Part shown: positions 50,743 to 61,049 of the stretch, piece by piece | How positions within the stretch are numbered: position 1 is the stretch's first letter | Layout: each line of letters opens with the position of its first letter | Made by a program: the position numbers and the translations under genes | Source of the DNA: an uncultured delta proteobacterium | GTDB lineage: Bacteria > Desulfobacterota > RBG-13-43-22 | Length of the DNA: 64,000 nt | Assembly: GCA_963711835.1 (NCBI GenBank) | Contig: CAVQFQ010000017.1 | Span: 544,001 to 608,000 of the forward strand | Direction: 5' to 3' | Notes under the pieces: generated by a model | What the model saw: the letters and a program-made list of their open reading frames with translations, nothing else | What the model was told of the DNA's origin: nothing | The model's database searches: none

Positions 50743-52589
50743 ATGTTAGGACTGCGCCAAAAAATATCACTCGGCTTCGGCGGGCTGCTGATCATTATTT
50801 TATTGATCGGAATCCAGAGTATCCTTCAACTCAGCCGACTGGGAGATTCCATCGATGTCATCCTGCGCGAAAATTACCGGAGTGTCATCGCCTGTCAGGA
50901 GATGAAAGAAGCCCTGGAACGTATTGACAGCGGAATCCTTTTTTCGCTTCAGGGATATACCCAAAAAGGCCATGAACAGATTCGTATCAATGAACAGGCC
51001 TTTGAAAAGGCCCTTCAGGTGGAATTGAACAATATCACCCTTCCCGGCGAAGGCGAAAAGGCCGCCTTGCTGCAAAAGAATTACAATCAATACAAAAGCG
51101 CCCTTAAGGATGTAGTGGGTAGTCCCCTTTCAATTAACCATCGTCGTCAGACTTATTTTAACGAACTCCTTCCCTTGTTCGACCGCATTAAAGGGACCGC
51201 CAACGAAATCCTTCAAATGAACCAGCAAAATATGCACGAAGCCAATGATCGGGCCCGCCGGAGTGCTGCTACGGCTAAGAGGGAGATGGTTTTTCTTTTA
51301 TTGGCGGGAATGATCATCGCCGTAGGATTTTTATTTTTTTTCGGGAAATGGGTCTTGCGGCCTATTAACCGCCTGATCCAATCTACCGATGAAATCCGAA
51401 AAGGAAACCTGGATCTGGTCGTCCAAAGCTCCTCCCGGGACGAGATCGGTCTTCTTTCCCAAGCCTTTAATGACATGGCCACAAGCCTCAGGGAGTTTCG
51501 CCGCTCGGATCAGGCCCATCTCATTCGGATCCAGCAGGCCACCCAACAGGCCTTCAACAGCCTGCCGGAGGCGATTGCGGTTATCGATCTGGAAGGCAAG
51601 GTGGAGGTGGCTACCGAAACAGCCAGGAATTCCTTTGGACTCCAGCCGAACATTTCCCTTAGCGCCTTGCCCTTTGGATGGATGGCGGAATTATACCAGG
51701 AGGCCATCAAGCAGGGCCGTACGGTGAATCTGAAAAACAGCCAAGGGGTCTTTCAGCATTTCATCCGGGGGGAAGAACGCTATTTTCATCCGGAGGCGGT
51801 TCCTATCCTCGACCGGGAGAGACAACCCGCCGGGGTGGTGATGGTCCTTCAGGATGTCACCCAGCTCCGGCAGCAGGATGAGATAAAAAGAGGGATGATA
51901 TCCACCGTATCCCATCAACTGAAAACACCTCTGACCTCCATACGTATGGCCATCCACCTCCTGTTGGAAGAAAAAGTCGGACACCTTACCGAAAAACAGG
52001 TCGAACTGCTTTTGGCGGCCCGGGAAGACAGCGATCGGCTTCACAATATCCTTAATAACCTGCTGGATATCAGCCGTATCGAATCAGGCAAGACCAAGAT
52101 GGAATTACAGCCTCGTTTCCCCGAATTCCATTGCAAATGGAAGCCCTGGAACCCTTTTGGAGGGCGGCCCACGACCAGGGGGTGACCCTGAATGTCGAGG
52201 TGCCGGGCGATTTGCCCGAGGTTTGGGCCGATCCGACCAGAATCTATTATGTCTTTGGCAATCTTCTTTCCAATGCCCTTAAATATACCCCAGCGGGCGG
52301 TAAGGTCACCGTATCCGCCAGGGCGGAAAAAAATGAGGTCCGTTTTTCCATCTCCGACACGGGAAGGGGGATTCCCGGTCAGTATCTCCCCAGGATCTTC
52401 GAACAATTCTTTCGGGTCCCGGACCAGGAAAAGGAATCGGGGGCCGGCCTCGGACTGGCCATTGTTAAAGAGATTATCGAAGCCCACGGTGGGACCGTCG
52501 GCGTAGAAAGTCAGGAAGGGAAAGGGAGCACTTTTATCTTTACCCTGAAAACAGTGGATCATCTATCGAAGCAGGAGGATCATTCATGA
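50743..52589 (+). pseudogene. KinB-like sensor histidine kinase (four-helix sensor-HAMP-PAS-HisKA-HATPase), frameshift near 52110-52140
   Basis: ILRENYRSV, DEIGLL..AFNDM, TVSHQLKTPLTS; NLLSNALKYT and GAGLGLAIVKEI are in the next frame. Confidence 0.88.
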
Positions 52590-52669
52590 TCGACGCGGTT
52601 TATATTTTAATTTCAATCGGTTTTTTCGGCTTGTGTGTCCTGTACATGCGGGCCTGTGAAAGGCTTTAA
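52586..52669 (+). CDS. 27-aa hydrophobic peptide upstream of kdpF (extra small Kdp peptide)
   Basis: MIDAVYILISIGFFGLCVLYMRACERL; AGGAGG upstream; ATGA overlap with the kinase stop codon. Confidence 0.75.
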   Translation: MIDAVYILISIGFFGLCVLYMRACERL

Positions 52670-52670
52670 C

Positions 52671-52754
52671 ATGTCGGATATTATTGGATTGATTATCGGG
52701 CTGATCCTGATCGTTTATCTTTTTATAACCGTTCTGCGGCCTGAAAAGTTTTGA
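52671..52754 (+). CDS. kdpF: K+-transporting ATPase subunit F
   Basis: MSDIIGLIIGLILIVYLFITVLRPEKF (YL...L.PEKF signature). Confidence 0.92.
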   Translation: MSDIIGLIIGLILIVYLFITVLRPEKF

Positions 52755-52769
52755 TGAAGGGATAAGATC

Positions 52770-54572
52770 ATGGACCTTTACGGATGGATTCAACTCACAC
52801 TCTATATGCTCGTTCTTCTGGCACTGACCAAACCCATGGGACTTTATCTGGTTCAGGTTCTGGATGCCGAAGGCAAGACCTTTCTGGATCCGGTTCTACG
52901 ACCTTTAGAACGGGTTTTGTACCGGTTCTTTGGTTTGGACCCAAAAAAGGAGCAGGACTGGAAAGGCTATACCTTTTCTTTGCTCCTGTTCAGCCTGGTC
53001 GGGTTGTTGTTTACCTATGTAATCCTTCGACTCCAGCATCTACTGCCCCTCAACCCCCAAGGCTTCGGGCCGGTTCCCGCCGACCTGGCCTTCAATACGG
53101 CGGCCAGTTTCACCACCAACACCAATTGGCAGAATTACGGCGGTGAATCAACCCTCTCCTATTTTTCCCAGATGGTGGGTCTTGTTTTTCATAACTTCGC
53201 CTCAGCCGCCGTGGGCCTGGCCGCAGCCGCGGCCCTGGTACGCGGCATTGCCCGACATTCGGCCAAAACGATCGGCAACTTCTGGGTCGATTTGATCCGG
53301 GGGAACCTTTATCTGCTGCTGCCGATCAGCCTGGTACTGGCCGTCTTCCTGGTCTCACAGGGCATGATCCAGAACTTTAAGGCCTATGATTCGGCCAGGG
53401 TCATCGAACCCATAACCATCCAGGTCCCTAAAAAGGACGCCGGCGGTCAGGAGATCAAGGATGCCCAGGGCAACCCGGTGCTGATCGATCAGAAGGTCGA
53501 GCAACAGACCCTTCCCCAGGGGCCGGTAGCCTCACAGGTGGCCATCAAGATGCTGGGGACCAACGGCGGTGGTTTTTTCAACGCCAATGCCGCCCATCCT
53601 TATGAAAACCCGACTCCCTTATCCAATTTTTTTCAGATGCTGGCCATCTTTCTCATCCCCAGCGGCCTGACCTATTATCTGGGCCGCATGGTCAAAAATC
53701 AAAGGCATGGCTGGGCCATCTGGAGCGCCATGACCATCCTCTTTCTCAGTGCCGTCCTGATCTGCTGGTGGGCGGAATCGGCCGGCAATCCACGTCTCCA
53801 GGCCCTTGGCCTGGACCCGGTAAGCGGAAACATGGAAGGGAAAGAGGTCCGTTTCGGGATCTTCAACTCGGCCCTTTTTGCCACCATCACCACCGGTGCC
53901 TCCTGCGGGGCCGTCAATGCCATGCATGACTCCTTTACCCCCCTCGGAGGTTTGATCCCTCTGTTCAACATCCAATTGGGCGAGGTCGTTTTCGGAGGAG
54001 TAGGTGCCGGGTTGTACGGGATGCTGATCTTCGTTATTTTGGCCGTATTCCTGACCGGCTTGATGGTCGGCCGCACCCCCGAGTATCTCGGCAAAAAAAT
54101 AGAACCCTATGATGTAAAAGTAAGCGTTCTGGCCCTGATGATCTTGATCTTCAGCATCCTGGGCTTCTCGGCCTGGGCCCTGGTCAGCCAATGGGGCTTG
54201 GCCGGCTTGAACAATGGCGGCCCCCACGGTTTGAGCGAGATACTCTATGCCTTTTCATCGGCCACCGGCAATAACGGCAGCGCCTTCGCCGGACTGAGCG
54301 GTAATACGGCCGGGTACAACACCACCCTGGGACTGGCCATGCTGTTCGGACGTTTTATTATGATCGTGCCGGTGATGGCCCTGGCCGGGAGTCTGGCCGG
54401 GAAAAAACTCGTTCCCTCCTCCGGAGGAAGCTTTCCGGTCTGGGGTTTGACCTTTACCCTCGTCCTGGTGGGGACGGTCGTAATCGTCGGGGCCTTGACC
54501 TTTCTTCCGGCCCTGGCCTTGGGTCCGATCGTCGAACATTTTTTGATGACCGGATCAAAAATTCTCTTTTAA
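52770..54572 (+). CDS. kdpA: K+-transporting ATPase subunit A
   Basis: [44 protein letters not shown]. Confidence 0.98.
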   Translation: MDLYGWIQLTLYMLVLLALTKPMGLYLVQVLDAEGKTFLDPVLRPLERVLYRFFGLDPKKEQDWKGYTFSLLLFSLVGLLFTYVILRLQHLLPLNPQGFGPVPADLAFNTAASFTTNTNWQNYGGESTLSYFSQMVGLVFHNFASAAVGLAAAAALVRGIARHSAKTIGNFWVDLIRGNLYLLLPISLVLAVFLVSQGMIQNFKAYDSARVIEPITIQVPKKDAGGQEIKDAQGNPVLIDQKVEQQTLPQGPVASQVAIKMLGTNGGGFFNANAAHPYENPTPLSNFFQMLAIFLIPSGLTYYLGRMVKNQRHGWAIWSAMTILFLSAVLICWWAESAGNPRLQALGLDPVSGNMEGKEVRFGIFNSALFATITTGASCGAVNAMHDSFTPLGGLIPLFNIQLGEVVFGGVGAGLYGMLIFVILAVFLTGLMVGRTPEYLGKKIEPYDVKVSVLALMILIFSILGFSAWALVSQWGLAGLNNGGPHGLSEILYAFSSATGNNGSAFAGLSGNTAGYNTTLGLAMLFGRFIMIVPVMALAGSLAGKKLVPSSGGSFPVWGLTFTLVLVGTVVIVGALTFLPALALGPIVEHFLMTGSKILF

Positions 54573-54585
54573 GGGGCCCAGGCTC

Positions 54586-56607
54586 ATGGTAACTAAAACA
54601 CATTCCCTCTTTGAACGGGCCATCATCGGACAGGCGGCCATCGATTCGTTTAAAAAACTCAATCCGGTTTCGTTGTTGAAAAATCCGGTTATCTTTGTAA
54701 CCGAAGTCGGGGCGGCCTTGACCACGGTCGGTCTTTTTTGGAGTTCCGGGAAGGATCCCTTCGGGTTTATCTTGCAAGTCAGCCTTTGGCTCTGGTTTAC
54801 CGTCCTCTTTGCCAACTTCGCCGAGGCCATGGCCGAAGGAAGGGGCAAGGCCCAGGCCAAGGCCCTGCGGAAGACCCGAACCCAGACCCTATCCAATCGG
54901 CTGAAATCCGATGGATCGGTGGAGCGGATCGAAGCCGACCGATTGCGAAAGGACGACCTGGTCCTGGTGTCGGCCGGAGAGATCATCCCCTCGGACGGTG
55001 AGATCATCGCCGGGGTGGCCACGGTGGACGAATCGGCCATTACCGGCGAATCGGCCCCGGTTATCCGCGAGGCCGGCGGCGATCGGAGTGCCGTCACCGG
55101 CGGCACCAGGGTTCTATCGGACCAGATCAAGATCCTTATAACCGCCAACCCGGGGGAAAGTTTTCTGGATCGTATGATCCAGCTTGTTGAAGGGGCCCAG
55201 CGCCAGAAAACCCCCAACGAGATCGCCCTGACGATCCTCCTTTCGGCCCTGACCATCATCTTTTTGATGGTCTGCATCACCCTGAAGCCCTTCGGTCTTT
55301 ACTCGGGTGTGGCCTTTTCGATGACCGTTTTGGTGGCCTTGCTGGTTTGTCTGATCCCGACCACGATTGGCGGTCTTCTGAGCGCTATCGGGATCGCCGG
55401 GATCGACCGTATGGTCCAAAAAAACGTCCTGGCCATGAGCGGCCGGGCCGTCGAAGCCGCCGGGGATATCGACGTGTTGCTCCTGGATAAAACGGGGACC
55501 ATCACTTTGGGGGACCGTCAGGCCAGCGCCTTTTTTCCGGCCCCTGGGGTCCGAATCGAGGAACTGGCCGATGCGGCCCAATTAGCCTCACTGGCCGACG
55601 AAACACCCGAAGGCCGTAGCATCGTTGTGCTGGCTAAAAAATATGGTTTACGAGGGCGTTCCATCTCGGAAATGTCCGAGGCCCGATTTATCAGCTTTTC
55701 CGCCCAGACCAGAATGAGCGGCGTGGACGTGGGGGGACGGCAGATCCGCAAGGGGGCCATAGACGCCGTCAAGGCCTTCACCGGGAAGGATCTTCCCCTG
55801 GAAGTTCAAGACGCCGTGGACTCCATTTCCCTTTCCGGCGGGACGCCTCTTCTGGTCGTTGACAAAGAAAAGGTCCTGGGGGCCATCCATCTGAAGGATA
55901 TTGTCAAAGGCGGGCTGAAAGATCGTTTTGAACGATTTCGGGTCATGGGGATCAAGACCATCATGGTTACCGGAGACAACCCTCTGACGGCTGCGGCCAT
56001 TGCCCGGGAGGCGGGTGTGGATGATTTTATTGCCGAGGCCAAGCCGGAGGATAAGCTGGCCCTGATTCGCAAAGAACAGGCGGCAGGTCACTTAGTGGCC
56101 ATGACCGGAGACGGCACCAACGACGCCCCGGCCCTGGCCCAGGCCGATGTCGGGGTGGCCATGAACACAGGGACCCAGGCAGCCAAGGAGGCCGGCAATA
56201 TGGTGGATCTGGATTCCAACCCGACGAAATTGATCGAGGTCGTTGAAATAGGCAAACAACTGCTCATCACCCGAGGGGCCTTGACCACCTTTAGTATCGC
56301 CAACGATGTGGCCAAATACTTTGCCATCATCCCGGCCATGCTGATGAGTGTCTTCCCGGTTATTGCCCCCCTTAACATTATGGGCCTTCAGTCCCCCCAA
56401 AGCGCCATTCTGAGTGCCGTTATTTTCAATGCCCTGATCATTATTACCCTCATCCCTTTGGCCTTGCGGGGGGTGCGTTTCCGTCCGGTAGGGGCGGCCG
56501 TACTGCTCAAACGCAACCTGTTAATATACGGCCTGGGCGGTCTCATAGCTCCCTTTCCGGGCATTAAACTGATCGATTTGATCATCAATGCCTTGCATAT
56601 CGTATGA
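54586..56607 (+). CDS. kdpB: K+-transporting ATPase subunit B
   Basis: [30 protein letters not shown]. Confidence 0.98.
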   Translation: MVTKTHSLFERAIIGQAAIDSFKKLNPVSLLKNPVIFVTEVGAALTTVGLFWSSGKDPFGFILQVSLWLWFTVLFANFAEAMAEGRGKAQAKALRKTRTQTLSNRLKSDGSVERIEADRLRKDDLVLVSAGEIIPSDGEIIAGVATVDESAITGESAPVIREAGGDRSAVTGGTRVLSDQIKILITANPGESFLDRMIQLVEGAQRQKTPNEIALTILLSALTIIFLMVCITLKPFGLYSGVAFSMTVLVALLVCLIPTTIGGLLSAIGIAGIDRMVQKNVLAMSGRAVEAAGDIDVLLLDKTGTITLGDRQASAFFPAPGVRIEELADAAQLASLADETPEGRSIVVLAKKYGLRGRSISEMSEARFISFSAQTRMSGVDVGGRQIRKGAIDAVKAFTGKDLPLEVQDAVDSISLSGGTPLLVVDKEKVLGAIHLKDIVKGGLKDRFERFRVMGIKTIMVTGDNPLTAAAIAREAGVDDFIAEAKPEDKLALIRKEQAAGHLVAMTGDGTNDAPALAQADVGVAMNTGTQAAKEAGNMVDLDSNPTKLIEVVEIGKQLLITRGALTTFSIANDVAKYFAIIPAMLMSVFPVIAPLNIMGLQSPQSAILSAVIFNALIIITLIPLALRGVRFRPVGAAVLLKRNLLIYGLGGLIAPFPGIKLIDLIINALHIV

Positions 56608-56627
56608 GGACCTGCACAACACACAGA

Positions 56628-56700
56628 AGGTATAAGGGACAAGGTCTAAGGTTCAAGGTTTAAAAAAAACCGTATGCCGTATACCTTGAACCTTTAACTG
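56628..56700. repeat. Heptamer-unit imperfect palindrome between kdpB and kdpC
   Basis: aggtata/agggaca/aggtcta/aggttca/aggttta then ccgtatg/ccgtata/ccttgaa/cctttaa. Confidence 0.6.
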
Positions 56701-56713
56701 AAAGGCTAAAAAA

Positions 56714-57298
56714 ATGAAAAATATCTTTGCCGAATTACGTATCGCCTTGCTGGCCACATTATCCCTGGCAGTGATTCTCTGTGGTTTTTACCCCCTGGTG
56801 GTCTGGGCTCTTTCCCAGGGATTATTCCCGGATAAGGCCAATGGTTCATTGGTCAAGGAAAAGCAGATGATCAGGGGATCGAGTCTTATCGCCCAGGGGT
56901 TTGGCGATCGGAAATACTTTCATCCCCGTCCCTCAGCCGCCGGGCAAGGCTATGACGGCCTCAGTTCCTCAGGCAGCAACCTCGGACCTCTTTCCAAGAA
57001 ACTGAACGATACCCTTAAAGAACGCCTGGACCGATATCGTGCTGAAAACAGACTTCCTCCGGATGTCTTGCTCCCGGCCGATGCCGTGACCGCCTCGGCC
57101 GGCGGTCTGGATCCGCACATTAGTTTGAAAAATGCCTTGTTGCAGGCCTCGCGTGTTGCCGAAGCCCGAGGTGTGGGAGATAAAACCGTTTTAAAACAGA
57201 TTGAACTTTACACCGAGGGCCGGGACTTGGGAATCTTCGGTGAACCCAGAGTAAATGTACTGATGTTGAATCTGGCCCTGGATCGCCTGGCCAAGTGA
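56714..57298 (+). CDS. kdpC: K+-transporting ATPase subunit C
   Basis: ANGSL, YFHPRPSA, SGSNLGP, DAVTASAGGLDPHIS, GEPRVNVL. Confidence 0.97.
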   Translation: MKNIFAELRIALLATLSLAVILCGFYPLVVWALSQGLFPDKANGSLVKEKQMIRGSSLIAQGFGDRKYFHPRPSAAGQGYDGLSSSGSNLGPLSKKLNDTLKERLDRYRAENRLPPDVLLPADAVTASAGGLDPHISLKNALLQASRVAEARGVGDKTVLKQIELYTEGRDLGIFGEPRVNVLMLNLALDRLAK

Positions 57299-57343
57299 TG
57301 GACATTTTATACGGATGTTAACAGTACCAATAAAAAAATTAGG

Positions 57344-58603
57344 ATGCGGAGAGTGATGACCGACTTAATAAAACCCCGGACAGAAAGGCTCGTGGTGTGC
57401 ATAGGAACAAGTCCTTCTAATAAGAATCTGGTAGAAGCCGCCAAGGAAATGGCCAGGCAGTTCAATGCCCAATGGTTTGCTTTACACGTTGAGGATCCTA
57501 AAAGTCTGATGATGTCAGAGACCGGTCAGCAAGCAGCCGTCGAGAGTCTGCGCTTGGCGGAGCAATTGGGGGCCGAGACCTTCACCTTGGCCGGACGCAA
57601 TATAGCCGAAGAAATTCTCACCTTCGCCAGACAAAGGAACATCGCAAAAATAATCGTTGGCAAACCGAGGCATTCCCTCTGGAGATCCATTTTCTTAAGG
57701 AACCCGGTGGATCAACTGGTACGCCTGAGCGGAGAGATTGATGTTTACGCCCTAACGGGTGAGAAGAAAGAACACAGAGATGAGCCTTATACCATTCACC
57801 CACAAAAGATCCGATTGTCCGACTATGGAGCGGGCCTCTTGCTTTTTATATTGGCTACCTTGCTCTGTTTTTTGATGTATCCTTACTTTCACCTCAGTAA
57901 TCTGATTATGGTCTATTTGCTGGGCGTGATGATAACGGCCACTTCCTGCGGCAGGGGTCCGGCTATCCTTGGTTCTTTCTTAAGCGTTCTGGCTTTTGAT
58001 TTCTTTTTTGTCCCTCCCCGTTTTTCAATCACGGTGGAAGAGGCTCAGTACATCGTCACCTTCATAGTGATGTTTCTGGTTGCTTTGGTCATCAGTCACT
58101 TGGCTAATCGGTTGCGGCAACAAGTCGAAGTTGCCCGTTACCAAGAGCGGCAGGCCTCCGCCATGCATGGCCTCAGCCGGCAACTCGCAAGCACGAGAGG
58201 AATGGAAAAAATTTTCCAGGTGGCCGTACAATATATTTCTGAGATTTTTGATTGCCAGTGTATAGCTATGGTGCCGAACAGTCAGGTTAGGTTTAATGTG
58301 ATCGCCGGTGATCCCTCTTCAGTTTTCCATCATGATGTTGTCAAAGAAATTCAAATCGCCCACACAGCTTTCAACACCGGGCAGATGGCCGGATTGGGCA
58401 CACAAACCTCGCAGGCAAGCGAGAATCTCTATGTGCCGATTCGAGCAGGCGATTTCACGTTAGGCGTTTTAGTCTTGCGGCCAGCAGACCGTGATCGGTT
58501 CCGGCACCCTGAACAAATATATCTTTTGGAATCACTGGTCAAACAAATTGCTTTGGCCTTAGAGGTAGAGCACTTGGCTGGAAGTGAGAAATCCAAAGTT
58601 TAA
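57344..58603 (+). CDS. Kinase-less KdpD fragment: Usp + 4-TM (DUF4118) + GAF
   Basis: ERLVVCIG...LAEQLGAE...IIVGKP; NLIMVYLLGV...AFDFFFVPPRF; GAF. Ends at ALALEVEHL with no HisKA or HATPase domain. Confidence 0.85.
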   Translation: MRRVMTDLIKPRTERLVVCIGTSPSNKNLVEAAKEMARQFNAQWFALHVEDPKSLMMSETGQQAAVESLRLAEQLGAETFTLAGRNIAEEILTFARQRNIAKIIVGKPRHSLWRSIFLRNPVDQLVRLSGEIDVYALTGEKKEHRDEPYTIHPQKIRLSDYGAGLLLFILATLLCFLMYPYFHLSNLIMVYLLGVMITATSCGRGPAILGSFLSVLAFDFFFVPPRFSITVEEAQYIVTFIVMFLVALVISHLANRLRQQVEVARYQERQASAMHGLSRQLASTRGMEKIFQVAVQYISEIFDCQCIAMVPNSQVRFNVIAGDPSSVFHHDVVKEIQIAHTAFNTGQMAGLGTQTSQASENLYVPIRAGDFTLGVLVLRPADRDRFRHPEQIYLLESLVKQIALALEVEHLAGSEKSKV

Positions 58604-58678
58604 GGTCGAGTTTAGAGGGAAAACCAGATCAGGTCTACCCTAAACCGTTAAAGTCACTCGAACCTTATTTTCATATTA

Positions 58679-58818
58679 AACCCTCATGCCCGCCTGCAGC
58701 GGGCGCCACGAAAGATGAGAATATTTAGTTCCCCCTCACCCCAACCCTCTCCCGCCAGGGGAGAGGAGGTCAGATTAACTGCCTCCCCCTTGATAGGGGA
58801 GGATAGAGGTGGGGGTGA
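58679..58818. repeat. REP/MITE-like palindromic repeats
   Basis: ccccctcaccccaaccctctccc-gcca-ggggagagg and ctccccct-tgat-aggggagg...gtgggggtg, preceded by the hairpin gcccgc-ctgca-gcgggc. Confidence 0.65.
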
Positions 58819-58844
58819 AAAAAATCTATCTTCGTATTGAACTT

Positions 58845-60521
58845 ATGAGCGACGACAGAGCCAATGCTTTTCTAAGAATGATCCGTCACGCCCAGCGGGG
58901 CCGGTTGAAGGTCTATCTGGGCTATTGCCCGGGGGTGGGGAAAACCTATCAGATGTTACAGGAAGGTCTCCGGCTTAAAAACGATGGGATCGACGTCGCT
59001 ATCGGGCTCGTTGAAACCCACGGCCGGGCCGATATCGCCAGACTGGCTGGAGGGCTGGAGGTCATCCCCCGGCGCCGGCAGGAATACCGCGGCGTTCCCG
59101 TGGAAGAGATGGATGTGGAGGCCATCCAGGCGCGCAAACCCCAAGTAGCCCTCATTGACGAACTGGCCCATACCAATGTCCCCGGCAGTCCGAACCAAAA
59201 ACGCTATCAGGACGTTCAGGATATCCTGGCAGCAGGGATCCATGTCATCACCACCTTGAATATTCAGCATTTGGAAAGCCTCTACAATATGGTCGAAAAG
59301 GCCGTGGGGGTCAAGGTCCGGGAGCGTCTTCCCGATTCGGTCCTGGCCGAAGCCGACCAGATCGTAGATGTGGATTTATCCACCGAAGACTTACAAAAAC
59401 GACTAGAAGAAGGGAAGATCTACCCTCGGGAGCGTATCCAGACCGCCCTTTCCAATTTCTTCCGGACTTCCAATTTGGAAAAGCTTCGGGAATTGACCCT
59501 TCGGGAACTCGCCTCTCAGATTGATTTAAGGAGACGGGAAACGGGGAGAAAAGAAAGCGATATCACCGCGGACCAGGTGATGGTTTGCCTGAGCTCGCGG
59601 GGCCCCAACAGTGATAAACTGTTGCGTTATGCCTCACGGCTGGCCGGAAAACTGAACCGAAACTGGTATGCCGTATATGTTCAAACCCCTTCCGAGGAGA
59701 CCACGGTCATCGATGCCCGCACCCAGCGTCTGCTCTCCGACACCTTGACCTTGGCCAAACAATTAGGGGCCCTGGTGTTTACCTACAAGGGAGAGGATAT
59801 TGTGGATACTATCCTGAGATTTGCCAAGGAATATCGGGTGGGGCATATCATTATCGGACGACCGGGTTCTAAACCTTTCTTTAAAAGATTTGGGAAGAAT
59901 AGGGATATTGTTGGGGACCTGATCAAAAATGCCGTTGGGGTCACTGTCATTGTTTCGGATACCCGTGAAGAAGAACCGCGGATGGCCGTGGCCCGGAAAG
60001 TGGTCACTGAAACACCTCCCGCGGGTGCCCTTCTTTCAGAACCCACGCCCCCTTCGCCGGATCAATTGATGCTGAGCCAACTGATCACCCCTCAACGGAT
60101 TATCATTTGGGACCGGCCGGCCATCAAAGAGGTCATCCTTCAACAATTGGTGGAAGCCGCGGCGAAATCCGACCGGATAGGCGATCCGGAGGCCTTATTA
60201 AAAGAGGTCCTCAAGCGGGAAGAACAGGGATCGACCTTTTTTAACGAGGGGGTAGCCTTCCCCCACGCCCGGATCAACGACCTGACGGCCCCCATAGTGG
60301 CTCTGGGATTAACCGGAAAGGGGGTCTCCGATGTCCTTACCGAGAAGCCCATTGAGATAGTTTTTCTGATCCTTTCTCCGGCTCAAACCCCGGACATCCA
60401 GGTCAAGGTGTTAGGTCTGACCAGCCGGGCAGCCCAAAACAGGCAGCTTCTGCAAAGCCTCAAATCCGCCCAAACCCCCGAAGAGGTGCTATCAGCCATC
60501 CACAATTGGGAAAGGCCCTAA
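58845..60521 (+). CDS. KdpD N-terminal sensor domain + Usp + PTS EIIA(Ntr/Fru-type) fusion protein
   Basis: RGRLKVYLGYCPGVGKTYQML, IDELAHTN, KRYQDV, TTLNIQHLESL; Usp; C-terminal REEQGST...GVAFPHAR. Confidence 0.88.
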   Translation: MSDDRANAFLRMIRHAQRGRLKVYLGYCPGVGKTYQMLQEGLRLKNDGIDVAIGLVETHGRADIARLAGGLEVIPRRRQEYRGVPVEEMDVEAIQARKPQVALIDELAHTNVPGSPNQKRYQDVQDILAAGIHVITTLNIQHLESLYNMVEKAVGVKVRERLPDSVLAEADQIVDVDLSTEDLQKRLEEGKIYPRERIQTALSNFFRTSNLEKLRELTLRELASQIDLRRRETGRKESDITADQVMVCLSSRGPNSDKLLRYASRLAGKLNRNWYAVYVQTPSEETTVIDARTQRLLSDTLTLAKQLGALVFTYKGEDIVDTILRFAKEYRVGHIIIGRPGSKPFFKRFGKNRDIVGDLIKNAVGVTVIVSDTREEEPRMAVARKVVTETPPAGALLSEPTPPSPDQLMLSQLITPQRIIIWDRPAIKEVILQQLVEAAAKSDRIGDPEALLKEVLKREEQGSTFFNEGVAFPHARINDLTAPIVALGLTGKGVSDVLTEKPIEIVFLILSPAQTPDIQVKVLGLTSRAAQNRQLLQSLKSAQTPEEVLSAIHNWERP

Positions 60522-61049
60522 CTGCAATCCAGTCAATCCAGGGTCGGACCAAGGTAACCTGTTGATTATAAATCCGTGCTGGTCCAAAGATAGGTATTTT
60601 CAATACCTATATCGTCGTTTTCGGCCCCAAAAAGATCCCTATAGGGAGCAGACCCCCTCCCTAAAATGATATCGTTTATCGCTTTCCATGACTTCCCTCA
60701 CTTTAGCCTGGAAGTCTAAGGGCCTTCACCCTTTCACAAAACGGACTTTTTGATCTCGAAAAACTTATTATAGGCTCGTTTTAGGGGGTTCAAATAGCAC
60801 TATTCCGTACCATATCAAATAGCTCCCTTGGCCCGCCCCCACTAGAATACTGATCGGCCATGTATGCCGGTTGTACCATCCTAGATTATTCTTTGCAGGA
60901 ATAGGTCAAAAAATCATTATTGTTTTTCATAGCGACTATTGTTTCAATCATCATCTTGATTTTATACCCGTCTCTTACCTTGTTTTTACCCAATTTGATG
61001 TTCGGGAAATGATTCGTTCTTGGTCTATGAATGGGGATGGAAAACAGGT

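Noticed and set aside
44380-52140. Programmed frameshifting or phase variation as the cause of the broken genes
   Set aside because: Several indels per gene across unrelated genes on both strands, without consistent slippery sites, fit sequencing error better.
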